Shown: positions 15,899 through 24,756 of the stretch, piece by piece
Layout: each line of letters begins with the position of its first letter
Position numbering within the stretch: position 1 is the first letter of the stretch
Virus record (IMG/VR): IMGVR_UViG_3300046788_000074
Location: 1-34,700 of that record
DNA from: a virus
Lineage: Duplodnaviria > Caudoviricetes
Strand: one strand, 5' to 3'
Length of the DNA stretch: 34,700 nt
Position numbers and translations under genes: made by a program
Notes under the pieces: generated by a model
Told to the model about the DNA's origin: nothing
Seen by the model: the letters and a program-made list of their open reading frames with translations, nothing else
Databases searched by the model: none

Positions 15899-18065
15899 AG
15901 CCGGTGACGCCGCAATCCTACGCGAGGCGAAAGATCGCTTCGAGCGCTGCCGTGCGTGGGAAACCGCGTGGCGCGACCGCGCGCTGTTCGATACCAGGTT
16001 CGCCAACGGCGACAGCGCCAATTTGTGGCAGTGGGATACCAGCGTCCGCAGCGAGCGCGGCAGCCGGCCAACACTGACGTATAACCAGGTGAGGCAACAC
16101 AATCTCCAGGTCATCAACGACGCCAGACAGAACAAGGCGCAGATCAAGGTGACGCCCACAGGCGGCCGCGCATCCTACGAGGCGGCCCAGGTGTTCAGCG
16201 GCATCATCCGCCGCATCGAGTATCAGAGCAAAGCAGTGGACGCATATTCGACGGCGACATACCACCAGGTAGAGAGCGGCATCGGCTACGTGCGCGTCGA
16301 AACCGACTATGTGGACGATCAGAGCTTCGATCTGGATCTGTGGATACGCCGCGTTCCCGACCCGCGCTCCATCTACATGGACCCGGATTGTAAGACGTAC
16401 GACAAGAGCGACGCGAATTTCGCCTTTGTGTTCGAGGACATCCCGCGCGATCGCTACGAGGAGGAATACGGCGAGGAGGACAACCCGGCGCCAGCCACAC
16501 TCGACCACACGGACGGCTGGAACGACAAGGACCACGTCAGGATCGCGGAATACTGGCGGCGCAACGTCAACAACAGCACCATTCACCAGCTACGCGACGG
16601 CACCGTGGTGCGTGACGACGAGATACCCGACGACCTCCGCGAGCAGGTCGAGGCGATGATCGACAAGACGCGGGAAGTCGCGGAGCCGGAAATCGAGTGG
16701 TTCAAGCTGGCCGGCGACAAGGTGATCGATCGCCGCGAGTGGCCGGGGAAATACATCCCCATCGTGCCGTTCATCGGCGAGGAGACGGTGATCGACGGCG
16801 AGATGGACCGCAAGGGACACACGCGCAGCCAGATCGACGCACAGCGCATCTACAACTACTGGGCCAGTGCGGCCGTCGAGCAGGTCGCGCTGCAGACCAA
16901 GTCGCCATACGTGGCGCGCGTCGATGCCATCGAGGGCCGCGAGGAACAGTGGGCGACGGCGAATGTGAAGAACTGGTCCGTGCTGGTCTACAACGGGCTG
17001 GACGAGCAGGGGCAGCCGATTCCGCGGCCTGAGCGCGAGCCACCGCCGCAGATGGCCCAGGCGTATATACAGGGCATGACGATCGCGCGGCAGGATCTGA
17101 TGTCGGTCACCGGCCAGTATCAGGCCGAGCTGGGCATGCCGAGCAACGAGCGCAGCGGCATCGCGATACAGCAGCGGCAGCGGCAGGGCGACACCGCGAC
17201 ATATCACTACATCGACAACCAGGCGAAGGGCATCCGCCAGATCGGCCGCATCCTGATAGACCTGATACCGAAGGTGTACGACGTGCGCCGCGTCGTGATG
17301 ACGCTCGCCGAGGACGGCACCGAGAACAAGGTGATGGTCGCACCTGACGCACCCGATGCGCACCAGTTCGTGGGGCAGGGACCGGCCGGCCGGCCGCAGG
17401 CGCTGTCGCCGGGCGATGCGCAGAAGATGCAGGAAGACCCACAGCAGCCTGATCCGAGCGTAATCTTCAATCCAACGGTCGGGGCTTACGATGTCGAGGC
17501 GGATGTAGGTCCGGCCTACGGCACGCAGCGGCAGGAGGCGTTCAACGCCTTCTCGCAGCTCATCCAGCAGAACCCGCAGGCGTTCCAGGTGGTCGGTGAC
17601 TTCTGGGCAGACAATGCCGATTTCCCCGGTGCGGACGAACTCGCCGACCGGCTGAAGCGTGGGCTGCCGCCACAATACCGCGCCGGCCCTGACCCGCAGG
17701 TGCAGCACATCACGCAGGTGGCTTCGCAATTGGCGCAAAAGGCCGACGCCGAGATTGCCTCGCTCAAGGACCAGTTGGCACAGCATCAGGCGAAGCTGGA
17801 CGACAAGAGCGAGGACTTGAAGGTCAAGGACTATGCGGCCGAGACCGATCGGCTCAAGGTGGTCGGTGGCATCGATCCCATGGCGCTCCAGATCGTGGTG
17901 CGGCAACTCATCCGCGACATGATGCAGACGGACATCGTGCCGATGCTGCAGAACCACGCATCCCTCGAGAGCGGGCTACAGGCCACGATGGCGCCGCCCG
18001 CACCAGCTAACGGCGGCAACAGCTCCGCGGCGCCAGCAGGCCCCACAGGGGCGCCAGGGGCATAG
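15885..18065 (+). CDS. Portal protein (P22 gp1-like)
   Basis: F.NGD..QW, RPTLTYN, QRIYNYW.S, SGIAI.QRQ.QG, YDV..DVGP.Y.TQRQE; 726 aa. Confidence 0.95.
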   Translation: MPRPKAGDAAILREAKDRFERCRAWETAWRDRALFDTRFANGDSANLWQWDTSVRSERGSRPTLTYNQVRQHNLQVINDARQNKAQIKVTPTGGRASYEAAQVFSGIIRRIEYQSKAVDAYSTATYHQVESGIGYVRVETDYVDDQSFDLDLWIRRVPDPRSIYMDPDCKTYDKSDANFAFVFEDIPRDRYEEEYGEEDNPAPATLDHTDGWNDKDHVRIAEYWRRNVNNSTIHQLRDGTVVRDDEIPDDLREQVEAMIDKTREVAEPEIEWFKLAGDKVIDRREWPGKYIPIVPFIGEETVIDGEMDRKGHTRSQIDAQRIYNYWASAAVEQVALQTKSPYVARVDAIEGREEQWATANVKNWSVLVYNGLDEQGQPIPRPEREPPPQMAQAYIQGMTIARQDLMSVTGQYQAELGMPSNERSGIAIQQRQRQGDTATYHYIDNQAKGIRQIGRILIDLIPKVYDVRRVVMTLAEDGTENKVMVAPDAPDAHQFVGQGPAGRPQALSPGDAQKMQEDPQQPDPSVIFNPTVGAYDVEADVGPAYGTQRQEAFNAFSQLIQQNPQAFQVVGDFWADNADFPGADELADRLKRGLPPQYRAGPDPQVQHITQVASQLAQKADAEIASLKDQLAQHQAKLDDKSEDLKVKDYAAETDRLKVVGGIDPMALQIVVRQLIRDMMQTDIVPMLQNHASLESGLQATMAPPAPANGGNSSAAPAGPTGAPGA

Positions 18066-18114
18066 TGCCGAACGCGCTGCAGATCGACGACCCATACGAC
18101 AACGATCAGCAGAC

Positions 18115-18321
18115 ATGACCGACGAGCCGATCCCCAGCCTGGCCGAGCTGATAGCCGAGGCGCTCGCGGCGAACCCTGCCAATCCGTTCACGACGAGCCT
18201 TATCAAAATACACCGGTTGCTGGTTGGCTCTGGACGGCACAATGAAGCCGGGCAGCTTGCGATGATATTCCCAAACAATGAACGGGCGCGCGAATGGCTG
18301 GTTAAGATGCAGAGCCAATGA
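18115..18321 (+). CDS. Small hypothetical protein starting in repeat copy 1
   Basis: 68 aa; first 11 codons identical to the next gene; body is AT-richer. Confidence 0.6.
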   Translation: MTDEPIPSLAELIAEALAANPANPFTTSLIKIHRLLVGSGRHNEAGQLAMIFPNNERAREWLVKMQSQ

Positions 18322-18350
18322 CCGACGAGCCGATCCCCAGCCTGGCCGAG
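18115..18350 (+). repeat. 33-bp perfect direct repeat
   Basis: ATGACCGACGAGCCGATCCCCAGCCTGGCCGAG at 18115-18147 and 18318-18350. Confidence 0.95.
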
Positions 18351-18599
18351 GCAATGGCGGAAATCCGCCGCCTGCGGGACATGAATGAGCAACTCAAGGG
18401 CCTGATGCTGCAATCCAACCAGATTTGGCAGACCGAACTCGACTACTGTCGTCCCGAGATCGATCGTCTGTGCAAACGCGTCGCGGAGTTGGAGGCCGCC
18501 GCGGCCGTCACCCTCGGCACCCTGGCACAGCCCACGCCGGACGAGCCGGCACGCTACACACACGACCTCCCGCCATCAGCACCACCACACGACGAGTAA
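18318..18599 (+). CDS. Small coiled-coil hypothetical protein
   Basis: ATGA coupling; heptad-like sequence. Confidence 0.6.
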   Translation: MTDEPIPSLAEAMAEIRRLRDMNEQLKGLMLQSNQIWQTELDYCRPEIDRLCKRVAELEAAAAVTLGTLAQPTPDEPARYTHDLPPSAPPHDE

Positions 18600-18603
18600 C
18601 GCC

Positions 18604-19344
18604 ATGAGTGAAACCACCGAGACCCCGGAAGGCACGCCGGCCACCGAGCCAACGCCAACGCCTGGCACCGGACCGTCCGGCGCACCAGAGTCCACACCAG
18701 AGACCGAGGAGCCGGAGCAAAAGCCGCAGCGCGAGGCCGACGAGGAGGGCCGCCGCGTTGCCCAACTCCGCGCACGCCTCGGTGCCAAGGAGCGCGAGGC
18801 CGATGCTCAGCGCGCGGAGTTGGAGTTCTACCGCCGTCAGGCGCAGCAGCAGGCTCCCGCCGAGGAAACGCCGGAGCAGCGCTATATGCGCGAGCGAGCC
18901 AACATCCGCGCCGAGGTCGAGCAGCAGATCCGCACCGAACGCTTCCACGAGCAGGGGCAGTCAGCCTATGGCGATTGGAAGCAACGCTGCGACGATCTCG
19001 TGGCGATGGGCGCCGATGCCGGTATGGCGGCGCTGCTGGTCGAGATGCCGGACGGCGTGAAGGTGGCCGCGGCGTTGGCGGGCGACCCTGCCGAGGTGCA
19101 GCGCATCGCCAATCTGCGCAGCGAGCGGGCTCGTGCCGTGGCGCTCGGCAAGTACGCCGCGACGGTCGACAGTGATACCGCGACGCCAGCACGCGCGGCC
19201 ACGCCGCAGGTGACGCGGGCACCGGCACCCATTCGGCCGGTGACCGGACGCGCCTCGCCGCAGTTCAACGAATACACCGCAACTGCCGACCAACTTGCTG
19301 ACCGCTACATGCAGCAGAACCTCGATCGGCAGCAGCGGCGGTGA
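18604..19344 (+). CDS. Capsid scaffolding protein
   Basis: Acidic/Pro-rich N-terminus, coiled coil, APAPIRPV near the C-terminus; lies between portal and coat. Confidence 0.8.
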   Translation: MSETTETPEGTPATEPTPTPGTGPSGAPESTPETEEPEQKPQREADEEGRRVAQLRARLGAKEREADAQRAELEFYRRQAQQQAPAEETPEQRYMRERANIRAEVEQQIRTERFHEQGQSAYGDWKQRCDDLVAMGADAGMAALLVEMPDGVKVAAALAGDPAEVQRIANLRSERARAVALGKYAATVDSDTATPARAATPQVTRAPAPIRPVTGRASPQFNEYTATADQLADRYMQQNLDRQQRR

Positions 19345-19503
19345 TCGCATGGTTCCGGCGGTTATGGCGGTGGTTGCGACCGTCACCAGCGCCACTGCCG
19401 TCAATATTTACGTTCACTGGCGAGGAGCTTTTCCCGAGCGAGGAGGAGTTCGCCAGACGCTTCCTTCGGCGCGATCAGAAGGCCGAAGAATAGCCTACGC
19501 CTA

Positions 19504-19568
19504 ACCGGTAGCGGATCGGTCAACACCGCGTGACGTCTCTCACCCGTAGCGGATGGGCTAACACCGCG
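19504..19568 (+). ncRNA. Tandem 27-nt repeat forming two putative H-type pseudoknots in the coat gene leader
   Basis: ACCGGTAGCGGATCGGTCAACACCGCG (19504-19530) and ACCCGTAGCGGATGGGCTAACACCGCG (19542-19568), with a compensatory G-C to C-G swap. Confidence 0.6.
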
Positions 19569-19683
19569 CATCGTGCATAACCCGTGTGTCTGCGCGGCTT
19601 TCCTTCACTGCGACAGCGGTTTGAACCGGCGCCTGGCTCCCTGAGCGGGCGCCTCCCCTCAAACTCTGTTAGTGGAGGCTGTT

Positions 19684-20874
19684 ATGGCCGCTACCAATAC
19701 GTTACTCACAATCAATATGATTACCGCCAAGGCGCTGGCGATCCTCCACCAAAAGTGCAACATCCTCGGCTCGGTGAATCGTCAGTACGATGATTCGTTC
19801 GCCAACACCGGCGCCAAGATCGGCAGCACACTCCGCATCCGCCTGCCGGTGCAATACACCGTCTCCACCACCCCGGCGCTCTCGCTGCAGAACACCGTGG
19901 AAACCATGGTGTCGCTACCGATCACCAACCAGTATCACGTAGACTTCTCGTTCAGCAGCGCCGAACTCACGCTGTCCATCGACGACTTCTCGGCCCGCTA
20001 CATCGAGCCGGCGATCGCGGTGCTCGCAGCCCAGATCGAGGCCACCTTCGTCGGCATGATGTGGCCGAGCGTGTGGAACCAGGTCGGCACCGCTGGGGCC
20101 GCACAGACGTTTAAGACCGTGCTGCAATCCCGCAAGCTGCTGCTCGACAACCTCACGCCACAATCCAAGCAATGGCAACTGCGTATCAACACGCAGGACA
20201 ACGTGGACCTGGTGGACAGCCTAAAGGGCTTGTTCCAGCAGAGCACGCAGATTTCACGGCAATACACTGACGGCGTGATGGGCCTCGCGGCTGGCTTTGA
20301 GTGGGCAGAGAACACGCATCTAACCACGCAGACCCGCGGCGCACAGGCCGGCTACACGACCAGCACCGCCACCGGGCAGACCGGCAGCACGCTCGCCGTC
20401 ATCACCGGCACCGGCACCGGTAACGCAGGCGACGTGTTCACCATCGCCGGGGTGTTCCGCGTGCATCCCGAGACCAAGGTGAACAGCGGCATCCTGCAGC
20501 AGTTCGTGCTGACCGCCGCGGCTGGCGCCGGTGCCGGCAACTGGTCGATCGCGCCCGCGATCACCCCAACCGGGCCACAGCAGAACGTCTCCAACTCGCC
20601 GGGCGCCTCCTCGGCGATCACGTTCGCCAATACGGCCAGCGCGGCGACAGGGTTGAGCCTCGCGTATGCACCGGATGCTTTCACATTCGCAACAGCTGAT
20701 CTCATAATGCCCGGAGGTGTCGATATGGCATCACGGGTGGTAAAGGATGGTATCTCCATGAGGGCCGTGCGTCAATATAGTATTTCCGACGACACCATGC
20801 CGATTAGGATTGATGTCCTATGGGGAGCCGTTGCGATGCGGCCACAATTAGCGTGCCGCCTGGTAGCTAACTAG
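19684..20874 (+). CDS. Major capsid protein (P22 coat family)
   Basis: NTLLTINMIT.KAL.IL, VNRQYDDSF...GAKIGSTLRIRLP, RIDVLWG...RPQLACR; GGAGG SD. Confidence 0.95.
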   Translation: MAATNTLLTINMITAKALAILHQKCNILGSVNRQYDDSFANTGAKIGSTLRIRLPVQYTVSTTPALSLQNTVETMVSLPITNQYHVDFSFSSAELTLSIDDFSARYIEPAIAVLAAQIEATFVGMMWPSVWNQVGTAGAAQTFKTVLQSRKLLLDNLTPQSKQWQLRINTQDNVDLVDSLKGLFQQSTQISRQYTDGVMGLAAGFEWAENTHLTTQTRGAQAGYTTSTATGQTGSTLAVITGTGTGNAGDVFTIAGVFRVHPETKVNSGILQQFVLTAAAGAGAGNWSIAPAITPTGPQQNVSNSPGASSAITFANTASAATGLSLAYAPDAFTFATADLIMPGGVDMASRVVKDGISMRAVRQYSISDDTMPIRIDVLWGAVAMRPQLACRLVAN

Positions 20875-20951
20875 CTGAAATTGCAAGGCTAAACATACGG
20901 TATTATCCCACACACATAATGTCGTATATGTTGTTAATGACGACTGAGTAT

Positions 20952-20993
20952 GATACGGTGTCCATGCTTTCACAGGAGCATGGATACCGTGTC
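20952..20993 (+). promoter_or_regulatory. 19-bp hairpin sequestering the SD and ATG of the HNH gene
   Basis: 20952-20970 pairs with 20975-20993 (4 G-U pairs), loop CACA; TATGAT at 20949-20954. Confidence 0.8.
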
Positions 20994-21783
20994 GGGAAAC
21001 CAAGACGACCTTTGGACAGAATGTTGCGTCAAGGGCTGCGACGAGCCGCCAGTCTCTCTCGGCCTTTGCATCAATCATATGCGTCGCAACCAAAAATATG
21101 GCTCGCCAGTGGCATCCAAGATGATGCCGTGGCTTTGGAGGCGCCTTTCCTATGATGAGCGTTTCGCTACCAAGATCAATAAAACCGACACCTGCTGGCT
21201 ATGGAATGGCGGCAAGGACAAGGACGGCTACGGCATGTTCAATGGCCGGGTCGATGGAGTACTGCAGGCGAGAGCGCATCGCTACAGTTTCGCACGCTAT
21301 CACGGTCCGATCCCGTCATTGCTGAATGTCTGCCACACTTGCGACGTGCGGGCCTGCGTCAATCCCGATCATCTGTTCCTTGGAACAATGGCCGAGAATA
21401 TGGATGACAAGATGGCCAAAGGACGCCATCGCACACCCGAAGGTGAGAACCATTATAGAGCCATCCTCACGGAGGCAGACGCCAAGGCGATTCTTGCTGA
21501 TCCGCGCACGCACAGCAGAATTGCGGAAGATTATAAAGTTTCACGCAATACTATCAGCAGCCTAAAAGCGCGCCATTCATGGCCACATCTCGGGGATGAG
21601 AAGGGCGTGAGGGCGCCGCGTATCGGACCGAGAATGGGGGTAAGTGATCGGATAACGCCAGAGATCGTGCGTGCAATCCGCACAAGCGAAGAACGCGGCG
21701 TCGATCTTGCCAGGCGCTACGGAATTTCCGTGCAATACGTCTCTGGCATACGCCACAGACGCACCTGGAAACACATCGAGTAA
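20980..21783 (+). CDS. HNH homing endonuclease (HNH_3/I-HmuI-like) with two C-terminal HTH repeats
   Basis: CWLWNG..DKDGYG, AHRYSF..YHGPIP..LNVCHTCDVRACVNPDHLFLGT..EN..D; AGGAG SD before ATG 20980. Confidence 0.93.
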   Translation: MDTVSGNQDDLWTECCVKGCDEPPVSLGLCINHMRRNQKYGSPVASKMMPWLWRRLSYDERFATKINKTDTCWLWNGGKDKDGYGMFNGRVDGVLQARAHRYSFARYHGPIPSLLNVCHTCDVRACVNPDHLFLGTMAENMDDKMAKGRHRTPEGENHYRAILTEADAKAILADPRTHSRIAEDYKVSRNTISSLKARHSWPHLGDEKGVRAPRIGPRMGVSDRITPEIVRAIRTSEERGVDLARRYGISVQYVSGIRHRRTWKHIE

Positions 21784-21796
21784 GGAGACCACGCAC

Positions 21797-22171
21797 ATGC
21801 CATACGATCGAGGGCCACAACTGTTCGACCCTGGCCTGCTAACCGGCGGCGGCGGCATGTCGTTCGCTTCCGGCCTTGTCGCGCATGCTGGCGGCACGCG
21901 GGCGGCGGCGCTGCCACTGACCGCGGCCATCAACCACATCGGCACCTGTGCCACCGCCGCCGATAGTGTGTCCCTGCCGCCAGCTGTGGGCGGTCAGGAA
22001 ATGGTGGTGGTGAACAGCGGCGCGGCTGCCATGCAGGTGTTCGCCGCGGTCGGCACGTCGGACACCATCAACGGCATTGCGGCGGCGACGGGTGTGAGCA
22101 TGGCGGCCGCTGCCAAGGAGGTGTTCGTGTCTCCCGGCCCCGGCCTCTGGTTCGGCATCCTCTCGGCGTAG
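21797..22171 (+). CDS. Putative head decoration/cement protein
   Basis: TAAGGAG SD; small beta-rich Ala/Gly protein after the coat (VSLPPA..G....VVNSGA..MQVF). Confidence 0.6.
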   Translation: MPYDRGPQLFDPGLLTGGGGMSFASGLVAHAGGTRAAALPLTAAINHIGTCATAADSVSLPPAVGGQEMVVVNSGAAAMQVFAAVGTSDTINGIAAATGVSMAAAAKEVFVSPGPGLWFGILSA

Positions 22172-22174
22172 CCC

Positions 22175-23563
22175 ATGGCAGTCTCAGACCCAACCATGGG
22201 CGTGCCGACGCCCAGGGGCGTGCTACAGGGCGTTGCCGCCTTCTCCTGGGATGGCAGCGCCTGGCAGCCGTCCGGCCGCGCAGGGCCTGGCGTGGGCACC
22301 CCTACGGGGGTGCTGCGCGGCGTTGCGCCGTTCAACTGGAACGGTGCTGCCTGGCAGCCATCAGGGTGGGCCGGACCGGGGGTCGCAACGCCAACCGGCG
22401 TGCTCGATGGCGTCGCGGTTTATACCTGGTCAGGGTCGGCCTGGACGCCAGCGGGCGGACAGCCCACTCCCTCGACACCGAGCGGCGCGCTGCGGGGTGT
22501 TGCGGCCTTCAACTGGGACGGATCCGCATGGCAACCGGCGGGTCAGGCCGGGCCTGGCGTGGCAACGCCCTATGGCGTGCTCGATGGCGTCGCCATGTTC
22601 AACTGGACTGGTGCCGCATGGGCGGCGGTGCAGGGGCCGACGCTCGATATCGTGTTCTCCGGCCCGACGCTTGACCCGCGGCTTACGTTCGGACGCGGCA
22701 GCACCGCGACATATTTTGACAGCAGCGGCGTGATGCGGACGGTGAGCGGTGATACGCCACGCTTCGACTACGATCCAGTAACGCATGCACTGAATGGACT
22801 ACTGATCGAGGAGTCGCGGACGAACTCGTTACTGAATACCGCAACGCTGAACACGCAATCGGTCGCAGTCACGGCACAGGCTTATACACTGTCGTTCTAC
22901 GGCACCGGCACAGTCACCAAGAGCGGCACAGCGTCGGGCGCGTTGGTTGGCGCCGGCGCGTTTCCGCAGCGTGTGTCGCAGACATTCACACCAACCGCTG
23001 GCACGCTCACACTGACGGTAACTGGCTCGGCGCTAAATGCGCAACTCGAAGCAGGCACCTTCCCCACCAGCTACATCCCAACGGCGGGGGCGGCGGTCAC
23101 GCGGGCATTAGAGGTGTGCTACATCCCGGTAGGCACCTGGTTCAGCCCAACCGCACTGTCGTTGATGTTCGAGGTAAGGGGCGTTCAGGAGGCTGTCGGA
23201 GCTATTGGCGGCTTCAGTGACGGAGTATTCGGCAACTCGATGTATGCCATTCTTAATGGGACACAGTTGGGAACTGCATACAATCTCACGGGGGGCACAA
23301 CTGTTAATGGCGCAGTTGCCGTCGTTGGGGCCAATCTGAATAAGACGTGTTGCAGCTTTACCACAACACGCCTGGCCGTTTGCAATAACAGCGGAGCCGT
23401 CGCAGTCGGTGTGCTGACTACGACGCCGATGCCGGCGACCGTGCGACTATCACTGGGGAATGACCCCTGGTCGATTAGTACGGCAATAAGCGGTTACATG
23501 CGCCGGGTGCGCTACTGGCCGCGTGCGCTATCCGATACCGAGTTGCAGTCGGTGACCACATGA
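22175..23563 (+). CDS. Head fibre/spike-like structural protein with N-terminal repeats and LamG-like C-terminus
   Basis: TFGRGSTATYFDSSG..PRFDYDPVT..GLLIEESRTN, QLEAGTFPTSYIPT, RRVRYWPRALSDTELQ. Confidence 0.8.
   Translation: MAVSDPTMGVPTPRGVLQGVAAFSWDGSAWQPSGRAGPGVGTPTGVLRGVAPFNWNGAAWQPSGWAGPGVATPTGVLDGVAVYTWSGSAWTPAGGQPTPSTPSGALRGVAAFNWDGSAWQPAGQAGPGVATPYGVLDGVAMFNWTGAAWAAVQGPTLDIVFSGPTLDPRLTFGRGSTATYFDSSGVMRTVSGDTPRFDYDPVTHALNGLLIEESRTNSLLNTATLNTQSVAVTAQAYTLSFYGTGTVTKSGTASGALVGAGAFPQRVSQTFTPTAGTLTLTVTGSALNAQLEAGTFPTSYIPTAGAAVTRALEVCYIPVGTWFSPTALSLMFEVRGVQEAVGAIGGFSDGVFGNSMYAILNGTQLGTAYNLTGGTTVNGAVAVVGANLNKTCCSFTTTRLAVCNNSGAVAVGVLTTTPMPATVRLSLGNDPWSISTAISGYMRRVRYWPRALSDTELQSVTT
22190..22635 (+). 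repeat. Five ~30-aa coding repeats (TP.GVL.GVA.F.W.G.AW.P.G)
   Basis: Visible at protein and DNA level with a ~90-bp period. Confidence 0.9.
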
Positions 23564-24756
23564 CCATCGCCAATAACATCGTGTCCCTGTCGCTGCGTAA
23601 TGCCGGCGTGACCGGCGTCGGCCAGGTGCCGCTGCCTGCCGACACCGCCGATGCCTTCACGATCCTTAACGCCTGGATCAACGAGATCAACCTTGAGCGG
23701 GTGAATAAGGCCAACCGCATCACGGTGCCGACGTTCCCGGATATGACGACAGACGTGCCGTTCTGGACGCCCTATGAGCATGTGCTGCTCACCAGCATGG
23801 CGGTCAGGCTACGGCAGATATACGCGCTGCCGGCCGTCGATCTCGACGTTAAGCTCGCGGTCTCCGCGCTCGATGCGTTCAATTCCATCAATCAGCAGCA
23901 GGTCGCGCCGCTCTATCCTGGCGTCCCGGAGACCGTCCAGCAGGCCATCTTCCTGGCACTGCGCATGGCAGGCCGCATTAGCGACACGCAGAGCGTGGCG
24001 GACGGCAGCAAGGACGTGTACGACGCTTTCGCGCTGCTGGTGATGATGCTCGCGCAGTGGCAGCGCAGGCGATGGCTCATATGGAATGAGCAGGAGGCAG
24101 CGGTCGTCTCCACCGGAGCCAATTATTACACGATAGGGCCACGGCAGGATTTCAATGTCGCGCGGCCCGATAAGATACACGCGGCCTGGGTCAGACTTGG
24201 TCCAGGGTTCGGCAATCATGGAGCAATGCTGGAAGAGGCGTTGCCGTTCCCCCTGGGCGCGCGACCGGCGCTGCCCACGCCCAACCTGGTAGACATCCCT
24301 CTTGCCATAATCGAGGCGAAGGAGGACTGGGCCGGCATCACGATCAAGGATCTGAAGTCGATCCCCTCAGCGGTGTTCTACGACAGCTCATTTCCTATCG
24401 GGCGCATGTACTTCTGGCCTGTCCCGCCGGCCGCAACGTATGAAATGCACATCGTCGTCAAGGCGTCGCTGCCGGTCTATGCGGCGCTGAATGATGCACT
24501 GGACCTGCCTCCTGAGTACCTCGACGCGGTGGTGAACAACCTGGCGTGCAGGATCGTCGTGGCGAGTGGCGGGCAGATATCGCCATTCCTGCTCGGGCAG
24601 GCCAAGGCCAGCCTCGAGACCATTAAGATGGCGAACAGCCAGATCCCATTGCTGAGCATGCCGCCGTTCCTTTGTGGGAATCGCGGCGACGTCTCCAGTT
24701 GGATCGGGCGCGGACTGGATCGTGCGTGGACCGTAGGCTCGGAGGCCGTATTATGA
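23560..24756 (+). CDS. Head-tail adaptor (P22 gp4-like) with two tandem adaptor domains
   Basis: I..(S/A)LR.AG...DAF..L motif occurs twice; LPPEYLDAVVNNLACRI. Confidence 0.75.
   Translation: MTIANNIVSLSLRNAGVTGVGQVPLPADTADAFTILNAWINEINLERVNKANRITVPTFPDMTTDVPFWTPYEHVLLTSMAVRLRQIYALPAVDLDVKLAVSALDAFNSINQQQVAPLYPGVPETVQQAIFLALRMAGRISDTQSVADGSKDVYDAFALLVMMLAQWQRRRWLIWNEQEAAVVSTGANYYTIGPRQDFNVARPDKIHAAWVRLGPGFGNHGAMLEEALPFPLGARPALPTPNLVDIPLAIIEAKEDWAGITIKDLKSIPSAVFYDSSFPIGRMYFWPVPPAATYEMHIVVKASLPVYAALNDALDLPPEYLDAVVNNLACRIVVASGGQISPFLLGQAKASLETIKMANSQIPLLSMPPFLCGNRGDVSSWIGRGLDRAWTVGSEAVL

Noticed and set aside
16590-17957. 455-aa antisense ORF within the portal gene (similarly 6448-7467 in terL and 30805-32223)
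   Set aside because: Shadow ORFs of GC-rich genes with no domain motifs, unlike the nested HNH.
19295-19504. 69-aa ORF in the scaffold-coat gap
   Set aside because: No recognisable features and it overlaps the scaffold end; cannot be supported.
19504-19568. CRISPR mini-array
   Set aside because: Only two units with an 11-nt gap and no cas genes; the covariation fits an RNA structure instead.
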